From assembly GCA_040289515.1 (NCBI GenBank), contig PSLI01000007.1, positions 29 through 64,028 on the forward strand: a DNA stretch of 64,000 bases, read 5' to 3'. The notes beneath the pieces were generated by a model. It saw only the letters and a list, made by a program, of their open reading frames with translations, made no database searches and had not been told where the DNA came from. How positions within the stretch are numbered: the first letter of the stretch is position 1; the number at the start of each line of letters is the position of its first letter. This document shows, in pieces, positions 44,924 through 55,287 of this stretch. The position numbers were made by a program, and so were the translations under genes. The stretch comes from Candidatus Sysuimicrobiota bacterium. GTDB taxonomy: Bacteria > Sysuimicrobiota > Sysuimicrobiia > Sysuimicrobiales > Sysuimicrobiaceae.

Positions 44924-46102
44924 CTACGGGAGGTTGCAGCGGCTCACGTAGGCGTCCTTGTGGGCCCGGAAGATCACGCCCCGCAGGCGGTTGATGATCT
45001 CCCCCTGCGGGGTCTCCACCACCTGCCGCAGGTAGTAGTCCTGGATGGGGTAGCCGTTCTTGCTGAACCGGACCCGCCCCCGGGTGCTGTCGAAGCCGGA
45101 CAGGATGGCCTTCCGGAAATCCGCCTTGCGGGACAGGTCTTGCCCCACGGCCCGCAGTCCGTGATCCATGGCCAGGGCGGCGTCGTACCCTTGCGCCGCG
45201 TACAGCGTGGGGATGCGCCCGTAGGTGCGGCGGAAGTCCTCCACGAACCTCCGGTTGATGGGGTTGAACAGCTCCAGGGCCCAGTGGGAGCTGTTGTATA
45301 CGCCCACCATGGGCTTGCCCACCGCGCGGATGACGTCCTGGTCCGCGGAGAACCCCGGCACCAGCAGCTGCACCTGCTGCATCAGTCCCGCCTCCGCGTA
45401 CTGCTTGATGAAGTTCACGCCCATGGCGCCCGGGTAGAAGGCGTACACCGCCCGCGGGCGCGCCGCGCGGATCTGGGCGATCTCCGCGGAGTAGTCCAGC
45501 TGGCCCAGCCGGGTGTACACCTCCGCCACCACGCGCCCCTTGTAGAAGCGCTTGAAGCCGTTCAGGGCGTCCCGCCCCGCGGGATAGTTGGGGGCCAGGA
45601 TGAAGGCCGTCTCGTACCCCTTCAGCTGCGCGTAGTGGCCCATGGCCTCGTGCAGGTTGTCGTTCTGCCAGGCCACGTTGAGGAAGTGCAGGTTGCACTG
45701 CTCCCCCGCGTACTCCGAGGGACCCGCGTTGGGGCTGATGTAGAACGTCCCATGGCTGAAGATGAGGTCCCCCACGGCCAACAGGACGTTGGAGAAGATG
45801 ATGCCCGTCAGCAGATCCACCCGGTCGCGCCGCAGCAGCCGCTCCACCGCGGTGCGCGCCACGTCCGGGTTGAGCTGGTCGTCCACCGTCACCACCTCGA
45901 CGGGCAGGCCACCCAGCCGACCTCCCAGGTGCCGCAGGGCCAGCTGGAAGCCATCCAGCACGTCCACCCCGAGGGCCGCCCCGCCCCCGGAGAGCGTGGT
46001 TACGAAGCCGACCTTCAGACTCCGGCCCTGGGAGACGGCGGGACCCACCGCCAGGGCGCACATCACCAGCACCAGGACGCCGGCGAAGACCTTTTGCCTC
46101 AC
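44924..46102 (-). CDS. Periplasmic ligand-binding protein (LivJ/K, Peripla_BP_6 type)
   Basis: A signal peptide, then LKVGFVTTLSGGGAALG. The GTG start overlaps the RidA stop. Confidence 0.85.
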   Translation of the reverse strand: MRQKVFAGVLVLVMCALAVGPAVSQGRSLKVGFVTTLSGGGAALGVDVLDGFQLALRHLGGRLGGLPVEVVTVDDQLNPDVARTAVERLLRRDRVDLLTGIIFSNVLLAVGDLIFSHGTFYISPNAGPSEYAGEQCNLHFLNVAWQNDNLHEAMGHYAQLKGYETAFILAPNYPAGRDALNGFKRFYKGRVVAEVYTRLGQLDYSAEIAQIRAARPRAVYAFYPGAMGVNFIKQYAEAGLMQQVQLLVPGFSADQDVIRAVGKPMVGVYNSSHWALELFNPINRRFVEDFRRTYGRIPTLYAAQGYDAALAMDHGLRAVGQDLSRKADFRKAILSGFDSTRGRVRFSKNGYPIQDYYLRQVVETPQGEIINRLRGVIFRAHKDAYVSRCNLP

Positions 46103-46536
46103 CTTCCTTCCCCCCTTTCCGGATGTGGTTCGATCGCCTGTTCGTCCGGGATCACCGCGGTGGCCTCGATCTCCACCTTGGCCCCGGGTTCGATGAGCCC
46201 CTTCACCTCCACCACGGACATGGCCGGGTAGTGGTGGCCCACGACCTCCCGGTACGCCTCGCCCAGGCGCTTCAGGCAGGCCCGGTACTCTTCCTGGTCC
46301 GTCACATACCAGGTGAGGCGCACCAGGTGCTCGGGCCGCCCTCCCGCCTGCGCCAGGACCGCCACGATGTTGCGCAGAGCCTGGCGGGCCTGATCCACGA
46401 AGTCGGAACTATCTAGCTGCTCCCGTCGGCTGTCCCAGCCCACCTGCCCCGCCACGAACACCCACGTGCCGCGCGCCGCAACCCCGTGGCTGTACCCTCG
46501 GGGCCGCGGCCAGTCAGGTGGTTGGAGGATGTGCAT
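46099..46536 (-). CDS. RidA/YjgF/RutC-family (reactive enamine/imine deaminase-like) protein
   Basis: GYSHGVAARGTWVFVAGQVG...VEVKGLIEPGAKVEIEATAV. Confidence 0.8.
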   Translation of the reverse strand: MHILQPPDWPRPRGYSHGVAARGTWVFVAGQVGWDSRREQLDSSDFVDQARQALRNIVAVLAQAGGRPEHLVRLTWYVTDQEEYRACLKRLGEAYREVVGHHYPAMSVVEVKGLIEPGAKVEIEATAVIPDEQAIEPHPERGEGR

Positions 46537-46558
46537 CGTCTTCTGCCTCCTCGCTGTT

Positions 46559-48190
46559 TTACCCGCCGTGCGGTGCGCCCGCTGCCCACTGCCGCAGCCG
46601 GAACCGCTGGAGCTTGCCCGTCTCCGTACGGGGCAAGCTCGCCACGAACTCCACCTGCCGCGGGTACTTGTAGGGCGCCAGGCGCGCTTTCACATGCTCC
46701 TGAAGGGCCGCCACCAGCTCCGCCCCCGGCGTTTGACCGGGCCGGAGCACCACGTACGCTTTCACCACCTGGCCCCGCTGGGGGTCCGGCACGCCCACGA
46801 CCCCGCATTCCGCCACCGCGGGGTGGGTGAGCAGGGCTTCCTCCACCTCCGCGGGGGAGATGTTGTAGCCCGCGGACACGATGAGGTCGTCCGTGCGAGC
46901 TTGGTAGATAAAGTACCCCTCCGGGTCCACCAGGTACGCGTCCCCCGTGACGTTCCAGCCTCCCTGCACGTAGTCCCGCTGCCGGGGGTCGTCCAGGTAA
47001 CGGCAACCGGTGGGCCCCTTGACGGCCAGCCGTCCCACCCGGCCTACGGGCAGGGGCCGACCCTCCTCGTCCAGCACGCAGGCCCGGTAGCCGGGGACGG
47101 GCTTGCCCGTGGCCCCCGGCTTGGCCTCCTCCTCCGTGTGGGAGATGAAGATGTGCAGCATCTCGGTGGACCCGATGCCGTCGATAATCTCGATGCCCGT
47201 GGCCTCCCGCCACTGCAGGCGTGTGGAGGCGGGCAGAGCCTCCCCGGCGGACACACACTTGCGCAGCCTTCCCGGCCGACCGGCCAGCCGTGGCAGCATG
47301 GCCCGGTAGGCCGTGGGGGCGGTGAAGCACACGGTGGCACCGAAGGCCTCCACACCCTCCAGGAGCTCCTCCGGGCCTGCCCGCTCCAGCAGGACCGTGG
47401 TGGCCCCGATGCGGAGGGGAAACAGCAACAGCCCGCCCAGCCCGTACGTGAAGGCCAGTGGAGGGCTTCCCGCAAACACGTCCTCCGGGCTGGCCCGCAG
47501 CACGTGGCGGGCGAAGGTGTCGCAGATGGCCAGCACGTCCCGGTGGTAGTGCACACAGCCCTTCGGTATCCCCGTGGTGCCGGAGGTGAAAGCCACCAGC
47601 ACCGGGTCGTGGGCGAAGGTGGGCAGGTTCGGGAAGTGCTCCGGCTTTCCCGCCATGAGGGATTCCAGGCTGCCCGGCCCTTCGTCTCCGAGGGTGCGAA
47701 CCTCCCGCACCCAGGGACAGCACGCCACGGCTGCCTCCAGCTCCTCCCGCAACCGGATATCGCACAGCACGTGGCTCACCTGAGCCTTGGTGAGGATGTC
47801 GGTGAGCTCCTTGGCCCGCAGCAGGGGCATGGTGGTCACCACCACCCCACCTGCCTTGACCACCCCGAACCAGCAGGCGGCCAGCATGGGGTTGTTGGGA
47901 GCGCGCAGGAGCACCCGGTTCCCCGGCTGCAGCCCAAGGTCCTCCACCAGCACCCGGGCGACCTGGTTGGCCTTGCGCCACAGGTCGCGGTACGTCCAGG
48001 TCACCCCCGGTGCCCGCAGCGCCACCCGATCTCCCTGGCCTTCTGCCACCCACCGGTCCAAAAGCGGCTCCGCACAGTTCAGGCGCGCCGGATAGCGCAG
48101 CTCCGGCAGCTCGAACAGGAACTCCGGCTGCAACTCGGGAGGCGGCAACCGGTCAACCACGAACCGGTCCACCAACGCCGTGGGCTCCAT
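46559..48190 (-). CDS. Aryl-CoA ligase, 2-aminobenzoate(anthranilate)-CoA ligase-like
   Basis: ATG 48190 ([10 protein letters not shown]). The N-terminus [21 protein letters not shown] and the motifs [27 protein letters not shown] and [11 protein letters not shown] are present. It shares an operon with the fused monooxygenase/reductase. Confidence 0.75.
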   Translation of the reverse strand: MEPTALVDRFVVDRLPPPELQPEFLFELPELRYPARLNCAEPLLDRWVAEGQGDRVALRAPGVTWTYRDLWRKANQVARVLVEDLGLQPGNRVLLRAPNNPMLAACWFGVVKAGGVVVTTMPLLRAKELTDILTKAQVSHVLCDIRLREELEAAVACCPWVREVRTLGDEGPGSLESLMAGKPEHFPNLPTFAHDPVLVAFTSGTTGIPKGCVHYHRDVLAICDTFARHVLRASPEDVFAGSPPLAFTYGLGGLLLFPLRIGATTVLLERAGPEELLEGVEAFGATVCFTAPTAYRAMLPRLAGRPGRLRKCVSAGEALPASTRLQWREATGIEIIDGIGSTEMLHIFISHTEEEAKPGATGKPVPGYRACVLDEEGRPLPVGRVGRLAVKGPTGCRYLDDPRQRDYVQGGWNVTGDAYLVDPEGYFIYQARTDDLIVSAGYNISPAEVEEALLTHPAVAECGVVGVPDPQRGQVVKAYVVLRPGQTPGAELVAALQEHVKARLAPYKYPRQVEFVASLPRTETGKLQRFRLRQWAAGAPHGG

Positions 48191-49358
48191 GCACCTCCCC
48201 CCTCGCCTGATCCTCCGTGTGCTGGCGCACCAGCTCCCTCGCCACCACCAGCTGCTGGATCTCCGTGGTGCCCTCGTAGATCCGCAGCGCCCGCACGTGC
48301 CGGTACAGGGCCTCCACCACCGTCCCGCGGGTGACTCCCAGACCGCCCCAGAGCTGTACCGCGGCATCCACCGCTTGCTGTGCGTCCTCCGTGGCTGCCA
48401 TCTTGGCCATGGAGGACTCCCTTACCGCCCGCTCCCCTGCGTCGTGCAGCCACGCAGCCCGGTAGGTAAGCAGCGCGGATCGGTCCACCCGCGCCGCCAT
48501 GTCCGCCAGCTTGGCACTCGTCAACTGAAAGTCCACCAGCCGGGCGCCGAAGGCGCGCCGGCTCAGGGCCCGGGCCAGTGCCTCGTCCAGGGCGCGCCGC
48601 GCTAGCCCCACCGCGGAGGCGGCCACGGTGGTGCGAAACACGTCCAGGGTGCGCAGGGCCACGCGCAACCCCTCGCCGGGCTCGCCCACCCGGTGGGAAG
48701 CCGGCACCCAGCAGTCCCGGAACCGCAGGGTGGCCAGCGGGTGCGGGCTGGAAAGCTGGATTGTCTCCACCACCTCCACGCCCGGACTCGCTGCCTCCAC
48801 CACGAACGCGGTGATCCCCCGGGCCCCCTGCTGCTCCCCCGTGCGCGCGAACACCACGTAGAAGTCCGCCACGCCCCCGTTGGACACGAAGGTCTTGATC
48901 CCGTTCAGCACGTACCCGCCATCTGCAGGACGCGCCTCGCAGCGGAGGGCCGCGGCGTCCGAGCCCGCCTCCGGTTCCGTGAGGGCAAAGGCGGCCACGG
49001 CCTCCCCCGCGGCCACCGCGGGCAGGTACCGCCGCCGTTGCTCCGGGGTGCCGAACAGGCTGATGGGGCCAGAACCCAGCCCCTGAAGGGCGAACACAAA
49101 GTCCGCCAGGCCTTCGTGGTACGACAGCACCTCCCGGATCAGGCACAGCGCCCGCACGTCCAGCCCGTTTTGCACGCCCCCGTGTTCCTGGCCGGCTACC
49201 GCGTAGCGTAGCCAGCCGCCCCGGGCCAGCTCCCCCAGCAGCCGCCGACGCTCGGCTTCCAGATCCTCCGGCTCCTCCCAGCGCAGCCTGCCCGCAACCC
49301 ACTCCGCCAACCGGCGCGCTAGCTGTTGGTGGTGCTCCTCGAAAAACGGCCAGCGCAC
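48153..49358 (-). CDS. Acyl-CoA dehydrogenase
   Basis: GTG 49358. [10 protein letters not shown], the FLV...GV motif set, and a C-terminal [17 protein letters not shown]. Confidence 0.85.
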   Translation of the reverse strand: MRWPFFEEHHQQLARRLAEWVAGRLRWEEPEDLEAERRRLLGELARGGWLRYAVAGQEHGGVQNGLDVRALCLIREVLSYHEGLADFVFALQGLGSGPISLFGTPEQRRRYLPAVAAGEAVAAFALTEPEAGSDAAALRCEARPADGGYVLNGIKTFVSNGGVADFYVVFARTGEQQGARGITAFVVEAASPGVEVVETIQLSSPHPLATLRFRDCWVPASHRVGEPGEGLRVALRTLDVFRTTVAASAVGLARRALDEALARALSRRAFGARLVDFQLTSAKLADMAARVDRSALLTYRAAWLHDAGERAVRESSMAKMAATEDAQQAVDAAVQLWGGLGVTRGTVVEALYRHVRALRIYEGTTEIQQLVVARELVRQHTEDQARGEVHGAHGVGGPVRG

Positions 49359-49375
49359 GTGATCGGTCCGCAACC

Positions 49376-50215
49376 CTAGTCCCCCTGGAACGCAGGCTTT
49401 TCGCGCGCGGCGAAGGCGCGGTAGGCGCGCTCGAAGTCCCGTGTGGCCATGCAGATGGCCTGGGCCTGCGCTTCCGCCTCCAAGGCCTCGTCCAGCCCCA
49501 TGGCCCACTCCTGGTGCAACATCCGCTTGGTCATGCTCAGGGCGAAGGCGGGGCCTGAGGCCAGCTCCCGCGCCCACGCCTTGGCAAAGTCCAACAGTTG
49601 TTCAGCTGGCACCAGACGGTTGAAGAAGCCCCAGCGCTCCCCTTCCTCTGCTTCCATCATGCGGCCCGTGTACAGGAGCTCGGCGGCGCGGCCCGCGCCC
49701 ACCACCCGGGGTAGCAAGGCGCACGCGCCCATGTCGCAGCCCGCCAGCCCCGCCCGCGTGAACAGGAAGGCCACCCGGCTGCGGGGCGTGCCCACCCGGA
49801 GGTCGCACGCCAGGGCCAGGGCCGCGCCCGCGCCCGCGCACACACCGTCCACCGCGGCCACCAAAACCTGCGGGCAGCGACGCATCTGGCGTACCACCTC
49901 CGTGGTCATGCGGGTGAACCGCACGAGGCCCGGCATGTCCGTCTCCACCAGGCGGCCGATGATGTCGTACACGTCCCCCCCCGAGGAGAACTCCCCCCCG
50001 GCTCCCGTGAGCACCACGGCCCGAACCTCCGGCGCCCGGTTCAGCCGCGTGAACAGGTCTCGCAGCTCCCCGTAGCTGTCGAAGGTGAGGGCATTCTTGC
50101 GCTCCGGCCGGCGCAGGGTCACCACCCCCACCCCGTCCTCCACCGACCAGTCCACGCGCACCGGGACAAACCCCTCCAGCCCCCCGGATTCCCCCAGCAG
50201 GGGGCCGGGTTTCAT
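49376..50215 (-). CDS. Enoyl-CoA hydratase/isomerase (crotonase) family
   Basis: ATG 50215. [14 protein letters not shown]...[14 protein letters not shown]...[11 protein letters not shown]. Confidence 0.85.
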   Translation of the reverse strand: MKPGPLLGESGGLEGFVPVRVDWSVEDGVGVVTLRRPERKNALTFDSYGELRDLFTRLNRAPEVRAVVLTGAGGEFSSGGDVYDIIGRLVETDMPGLVRFTRMTTEVVRQMRRCPQVLVAAVDGVCAGAGAALALACDLRVGTPRSRVAFLFTRAGLAGCDMGACALLPRVVGAGRAAELLYTGRMMEAEEGERWGFFNRLVPAEQLLDFAKAWARELASGPAFALSMTKRMLHQEWAMGLDEALEAEAQAQAICMATRDFERAYRAFAAREKPAFQGD

Positions 50216-50235
50216 GGGCCGCACCCACTCCGCGC

Positions 50236-50754
50236 TCACGCCGAACCACCTCCCGTTTGCCCCAGGGCCTGCACCACGCTGCGCTTCAGGGACGCCAGAA
50301 GGCTGTGCAGCTGGTCCCGTTCGCCCTGCGACAGAGCGCCGAACAGCTCCACGATCCACGCCTCGTGCACGGCGGCCATGCGGCGGAACTGCCGCCGGCC
50401 CCGTTCCGTCAGGCGTACCCGCACCGCCCGGCGGTCCTCAGGATCAGGCCACCGCGTCACGAGGCCCTCCAGCTCCAGCTGGTCCACCAGGCGCGTGATG
50501 TTGCCCGCGGTCACCATCATGCGCTTGGACAGCGCCCCCATGGGCAGTCCCTCGGGGTGGCGGTCCAGCTGCGCAAGAAGGTCGAACCGCGCCAGGGTGG
50601 TGCCGAAGGTGCGCCGCAGACGCGCCTGCACCTCCGCCTTGATGAGGTTGGCGGCGGACAGCAGGCGCAGCCACAGCCGAATCGAGCTGTGGTCGTCCGC
50701 ACCGGCCCGTGCTTCCAGCCCCAGCACCTCCACCGCGTCCTCCCCCGCGGGCAC
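50236..50754 (-). CDS. MarR-family transcriptional regulator
   Basis: [62 protein letters not shown] is a winged-helix MarR core. Confidence 0.85.
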   Translation of the reverse strand: MPAGEDAVEVLGLEARAGADDHSSIRLWLRLLSAANLIKAEVQARLRRTFGTTLARFDLLAQLDRHPEGLPMGALSKRMMVTAGNITRLVDQLELEGLVTRWPDPEDRRAVRVRLTERGRRQFRRMAAVHEAWIVELFGALSQGERDQLHSLLASLKRSVVQALGQTGGGSA

Positions 50755-50766
50755 CCTGCCACCTCC

Positions 50767-53166
50767 TCAGCGGCTGGCGGCCACGCGGGCGCGGTCCTGC
50801 GCTGCCCGGGCCAGCACCCGCTCCAGCTCCTCCAGGGCGGCCCGCTCTCCCTCCTGCGCCGCCCGCGCGCGGGCCATGATCCGCTCCAGCTGCTCCTTAC
50901 CGTCCAGATACTGCTTGGGCCACCCCACGTCTGTGTAGCCGATGCGTGCCGCCTCCACCAGGGTCCAGTGGGGGTTCGCCAGGTGCGGCCGGGCGATGGC
51001 GCACAGGTCCGCGCGGCCTCCCGCGATGATGGAGTTCACGTGGTCGGCCTCGTAGATGGATCCCACCGCCATGGTGGCGATCCCCACCTCGTGGCGGATG
51101 CGGTCCGCGAAGGGAGTCTGATACAGGCGGCCGTACTCGGGCTGCGCGTGGCGGGTGGTCTGGCCGCTGGAGACGTCGATGAGGTCCACCCCCACCGCCT
51201 TGAACATGCGCGCGATTTCCACCGCATCGTCGGGGGTGATGCCCCCCGGCGCCCAGTCGTGAGCGGAGATGCGCACGGACAGGGGCAGGTGCTCCGGCCA
51301 CGCCTCTCGCACCGCCTCCACCACCTCCAGGGGGAACCGCATCCGGTTTTCCAGACTCCCGCCGTACCGGTCCGTCCTCCGGTTGGTGAGCGGGCTGATG
51401 AAGCTGGACAGCAGGTAGCCGTGTGCGCAGTGGATCTCCAGCCAGTCAAACCCACACTCCACCGCCCAGCGGGTCGCCCGCACGAACTCCGCCACCACCC
51501 GGTCCATGTCCTCCCGGGTCATCTCTCGCGGCACCTGGTTGTGGGGTCCCCAGGGGATGGGCGAGGGACCCATCACGGGCCAGTTACCCTCCGGCAGGGG
51601 TTCGTGGTAGCCTTCCCAGCCCACGCGGGTGGAGCCCTTGGGACCCGAGTGGCCCAGCTGGAGGGCGATCTTCGCGTCCGTGTGCTCGTGCACGAACCGG
51701 ACGATGCGCTTCCACGCCTCCACGTGCTCGGGCTTGTACAGGCCCGCGCAGCCGGGGCTGATGCGCCCCTCCCGCGACACGCACGTCATCTCCGTGAACA
51801 CCAGGGCCGCCCCGCCCAGGGCCCGGGCGCCCAGGTGCACCAGGTGGAAGTCCCCCACGGTACCGTCCTGCGCGGAGTACATGGCCATGGGGGAGACCAC
51901 CACCCGGTTCTTCAGACGCACCCCCCGCAGCTGGAAGGGGGTGAACATGGGAGGCACCGGCCGCTCGGGCAGTCCGCAGCGGCGCGCGAACCAGCGCTCG
52001 AAGGACTCCACGTACTGGGGGTCGCGCTTGCGCAGTTCCTCGTGGAACAAGCGCTGCGAGCGCGTGAGGAGGCTGTAGGCGAACTGTTCGGGCTCGAGGG
52101 AGGCGTACCGCCGCACGTTCTCGAACCACTCCGCGGAGTTCCTTCCCGCGTGGCGCAACCGCAACAGCTCCACCTTCCGCTCCGCCTCATACGCCTGGAG
52201 GGCGGCCCGCACGGACCCGAGGTCCTGCCATCCGTGCTGGGCCAGGGCCTTCGCGAGCCCGATGGCGTCCTCCATGGCCAGCCGGGTCCCCGAACCTACT
52301 GAGAAGTGCACCGTGTGGGCCGCGTCTCCCAGCAGGACCACGGGCACCCGCCGACCCCGTACGGACAGCTCGTACACCCATCGCTCGCACCGGATCCACG
52401 GGAACCGCAGCCACTGCGCGGAGCCCCGCAGGTGCGCGGCATTGGACAGAAGACGGTGGCCCTCCAGGACCTGTTGGAACAGGCGCTCGCAGAAGGCGAT
52501 GGACTCCTCCTTGCTCATCTGGTCCAGCTCCGCGGCGCGCCAGCTGTCCTCAGGGGTTTCCACGATGAAGGTGCTGGTCCCGCCATCGAAGGGGTACGCG
52601 TGGGCCGTGAACCAACCCCACGGGGTTTCCGCGAAGGCAAAGGTGAAGGCCTGAAAGCGCCGCCGGGTGCCCAGCCACACGTAGCGGCACCGGCCCCACT
52701 CCACCTGGGGCTGGAACGCCTCCGCGTACCGGCTGCGCGTGCGGCTGTTCACCCCGTCCGCGGCCACCACCAGGTCCGCCTGTTGGGCCAGGGCCTCCAC
52801 GTCCTCTACCTCGTGCTGGAAGACCAACCGCGCACCCAGCTCCTCCGCCCGCCGCTGCAGGATGGCCAGCAGGGTGGTGCGGGCGATGCCCGCGAACCCG
52901 TGCCCGCCAGATCTCAGCACGCGGCCGCGGAAGTGGATCTCGATGTCGTCCCAGTGGTAGAAGGCGCGCTGAATCTCCTGGTAAGTGGGAGGATCCGCCA
53001 CCGAGAGGCTACCGAGGGTGCTGTCCGAGAGCACCACGCCCCAGCCGAAGGTGTCGTCGGGCCGGTTGCGCTCGTAGACCACCACCTCGTGGCGGGGGGC
53101 CAGCTTCTTCAGCAGGATGGCCAGGTACAAGCCGCCGGGGCCGCCCCCCACGCACGCCACCCGCAT
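50767..53166 (-). CDS. Bifunctional aryl-CoA flavin monooxygenase / Old-Yellow-Enzyme reductase (2-aminobenzoyl-CoA monooxygenase/reductase- or salicylyl-CoA 5-hydroxylase-like)
   Basis: 799 aa. The N-terminal half has [10 protein letters not shown]...[22 protein letters not shown] (FAD aromatic hydroxylase). The C-terminal half has [20 protein letters not shown]...[20 protein letters not shown]...[11 protein letters not shown] (OYE/NADH:flavin oxidoreductase). Confidence 0.8.
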   Translation of the reverse strand: MRVACVGGGPGGLYLAILLKKLAPRHEVVVYERNRPDDTFGWGVVLSDSTLGSLSVADPPTYQEIQRAFYHWDDIEIHFRGRVLRSGGHGFAGIARTTLLAILQRRAEELGARLVFQHEVEDVEALAQQADLVVAADGVNSRTRSRYAEAFQPQVEWGRCRYVWLGTRRRFQAFTFAFAETPWGWFTAHAYPFDGGTSTFIVETPEDSWRAAELDQMSKEESIAFCERLFQQVLEGHRLLSNAAHLRGSAQWLRFPWIRCERWVYELSVRGRRVPVVLLGDAAHTVHFSVGSGTRLAMEDAIGLAKALAQHGWQDLGSVRAALQAYEAERKVELLRLRHAGRNSAEWFENVRRYASLEPEQFAYSLLTRSQRLFHEELRKRDPQYVESFERWFARRCGLPERPVPPMFTPFQLRGVRLKNRVVVSPMAMYSAQDGTVGDFHLVHLGARALGGAALVFTEMTCVSREGRISPGCAGLYKPEHVEAWKRIVRFVHEHTDAKIALQLGHSGPKGSTRVGWEGYHEPLPEGNWPVMGPSPIPWGPHNQVPREMTREDMDRVVAEFVRATRWAVECGFDWLEIHCAHGYLLSSFISPLTNRRTDRYGGSLENRMRFPLEVVEAVREAWPEHLPLSVRISAHDWAPGGITPDDAVEIARMFKAVGVDLIDVSSGQTTRHAQPEYGRLYQTPFADRIRHEVGIATMAVGSIYEADHVNSIIAGGRADLCAIARPHLANPHWTLVEAARIGYTDVGWPKQYLDGKEQLERIMARARAAQEGERAALEELERVLARAAQDRARVAASR

Positions 53167-53216
53167 GGTACCCTCCGCGTGGTCTTGCCGCCTGGAGTCC
53201 TTGCCCTTTACTTTTT

Positions 53217-53253
53217 CATATAGCGCGAATTCGTTGAATCGTCAACTATTGAC
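53217..53253 (-). promoter_or_regulatory. sigma70-type promoter with clustered TTGAC/GTCAA half-sites (candidate MarR operator)
   Basis: The minus strand reads TTGACG, 17 nt, TATATG. On the plus strand, GTTGAatcGTCAActaTTGAC forms overlapping inverted repeats in the only AT-rich patch between kynU and the monooxygenase gene. Confidence 0.45.
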
Positions 53254-53264
53254 CCTGCAAAAAG

Positions 53265-54413
53265 TTACCCTGCGCGGGCCCGCAGGTGGCGGATGGCCTC
53301 GAAGGCCACCTCCACCTCATCCGGGTGCGTGTACAAGTGCGCGGACATCCGGATGCCGGCCTGGGGCCGGTAGTCCACCAGAATCCCCCGCGCCTGCAGC
53401 TGTTTTGCTACCGCCTCCGCCTGCGGGAAGTCCACCACCACCATCCCTGTGCGCCGCTCAGGTTCCTGCGGCGTGCGCACCCGCAGCCCCAGGCTGCGTG
53501 CGTGTTCCATCATGCGCTCGCCCAGCCGCAGGGACTTTTCCCGGATGGCCGCCACCCCCACCTCCAGCACCGTCTCCAGCCCGGCCCGCGCCGCCAACAG
53601 GGCGGGGATCCCCGGCGTGCCCGTGGCAAACCGCATGGCGTCCGGCGCCCACTCCAGGTCCAGGGCGAACCCGAAGGGGTCCCGGTGTGCGAACCAGCCC
53701 GCCAGGGCGGGCTGCAGGCGATCCAGCCGGGCGGGATCCACGTACATCCACGCGGCCCCCGGCCCGCCGCACAGCCACTTGTGCGAGCCTCCCAGCACCG
53801 CGTCCACCGGCCAATCCCGTACCCGGAACGGAACACACCCGGCCGTCTGGTACGCGTCCACCACCACCCACGCCCCGTGACGCCGACCGATCTCCCCGAT
53901 GGCCGCCACGTCCTGCAGAAACCCGGACCGGAAGATGCCGTGGTCGACCAGCACTGCCAGGGTGTCCTCGTCCACCGCCTCCTCCCACGCCCGCAGGGGC
54001 ACCTCCACACCGTCCGGGCTGCGCACCATGTGCAAGCGTACGCCAAACCGTCCGAACGCCTGCACCACGTACAGCAGAGAGGGGAAGTTCAGGTCCGTGG
54101 CCACCACCTTGCGCCGCGGGCTGCCGGGGAGCAGCGCCGACAGCAGGGCTCCGAACAGGGTGGACACGTTCTGGTGCAGCACCACGCTGCCTTCTGGCGC
54201 CCCCACCAGCTGCGCGATCCGGCCCGCGTGCTCCCGCAGGTACGGCTCCCACTCCTCCCATGCGGACACGCCCCGTTGCTCCCACCGATCCAGGTAGCGC
54301 TCCACCCACCACCGCGCCCGCCGGGGCATGGCGCCCATGGAGTGCGAGACCAGGTAGGTCACCCGCTCAAGGATAGGGAACTCGCTCCGCCAGCTGAGCA
54401 GAGGGTCGTCCAT
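53265..54413 (-). CDS. kynU: Kynureninase
   Basis: ATG 54413 (MDDPLLSWRSEFPIL). It has a PLP fold with GGSHKWLCGGPGAAWMYV. Only the last 382 codons of the track ORF are used. Confidence 0.85.
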   Translation of the reverse strand: MDDPLLSWRSEFPILERVTYLVSHSMGAMPRRARWWVERYLDRWEQRGVSAWEEWEPYLREHAGRIAQLVGAPEGSVVLHQNVSTLFGALLSALLPGSPRRKVVATDLNFPSLLYVVQAFGRFGVRLHMVRSPDGVEVPLRAWEEAVDEDTLAVLVDHGIFRSGFLQDVAAIGEIGRRHGAWVVVDAYQTAGCVPFRVRDWPVDAVLGGSHKWLCGGPGAAWMYVDPARLDRLQPALAGWFAHRDPFGFALDLEWAPDAMRFATGTPGIPALLAARAGLETVLEVGVAAIREKSLRLGERMMEHARSLGLRVRTPQEPERRTGMVVVDFPQAEAVAKQLQARGILVDYRPQAGIRMSAHLYTHPDEVEVAFEAIRHLRARAG

Positions 54414-55216
54414 TACGCACGCTCCACGAAGGTACGGGCCTCCCACAGGAGGGGGAAACAGCGCTTGTGCAGGGTGTCCCGCAGGTACCCCACCCCGGTG
54501 AAGTAAGCGGAATCGCCCTCGAAGGCCCGCCGCACGTCCTCCACGCCGGTCCCCGGACGCGCCCCGATGATGCGTTCCACCATGAGTAGGTGGCGGTACC
54601 GCCACCACGCCAGCGCCTCGTCGTAGTCCAGCAGGGCCTCCGAGAGCTGCTCCAGCTCCGAGCCCACCTGCTGCAGGACCCCGATGAGGGTCTGCAGCAG
54701 CTGCCTCTCCTCCTCCGCCGGTAGCCCCCGGCGTCGCACCACCCCCACGAAGGCATCCCACAGGGTAGGTTCCTCCAACCGCCGCCGCAGCGCCGCCCAG
54801 TCCTCCGGGTCGGACTCGAAGTTCCGCAGGTAGCGGGCGTCCTTCAGTCCGGATAGGAACTCCAGCTCCCGGAACTGCCGGCTCTGGAAGCCGCTGGCTG
54901 GCTTCAGGCGCGACCGGAACTCCAAAAAGTCCCAGGGCCGCATCGTCTCCAGCACGTCAAACCCGCCCGCGGCGGTGCGCAGCACGGTGGTGGCGCGGTT
55001 CAGCATTCGCATCGCCGCAGGCAGCTGGTCCGCGTCCAGGGCGGCCCGGGCAGATTCCAGCTCGAACAGGGCCAGCTTGAAGTACAGCTCAAACACCTGG
55101 TGTACCACGATAAACTGCAGCTCGTCGTGGGCCTCGCTGAGCCGCCGCTGCAGCTGCAGCAGTTCGGGAACCCGCAAATACCCCCCGTACGTGAGGGGAC
55201 GAGCCGGCGCCTCCAT
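54413..55216 (-). CDS. kynA: Tryptophan 2,3-dioxygenase
   Basis: LTYGGYLRVPELLQLQ...HDELQFIVVHQVFELYFKL...METMRPWDFLEFRSRLKPASGFQSRQFRELE. Its stop overlaps the kynU ATG (TAATG). Confidence 0.9.
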   Translation of the reverse strand: MEAPARPLTYGGYLRVPELLQLQRRLSEAHDELQFIVVHQVFELYFKLALFELESARAALDADQLPAAMRMLNRATTVLRTAAGGFDVLETMRPWDFLEFRSRLKPASGFQSRQFRELEFLSGLKDARYLRNFESDPEDWAALRRRLEEPTLWDAFVGVVRRRGLPAEEERQLLQTLIGVLQQVGSELEQLSEALLDYDEALAWWRYRHLLMVERIIGARPGTGVEDVRRAFEGDSAYFTGVGYLRDTLHKRCFPLLWEARTFVERA

Positions 55217-55287
55217 GGCCTCACCCCCGCTTCAGACTCCGAGAAACTCTTCGTGCGCGCAGAGCTTCCTCCTGCAGGGGACCTGCC

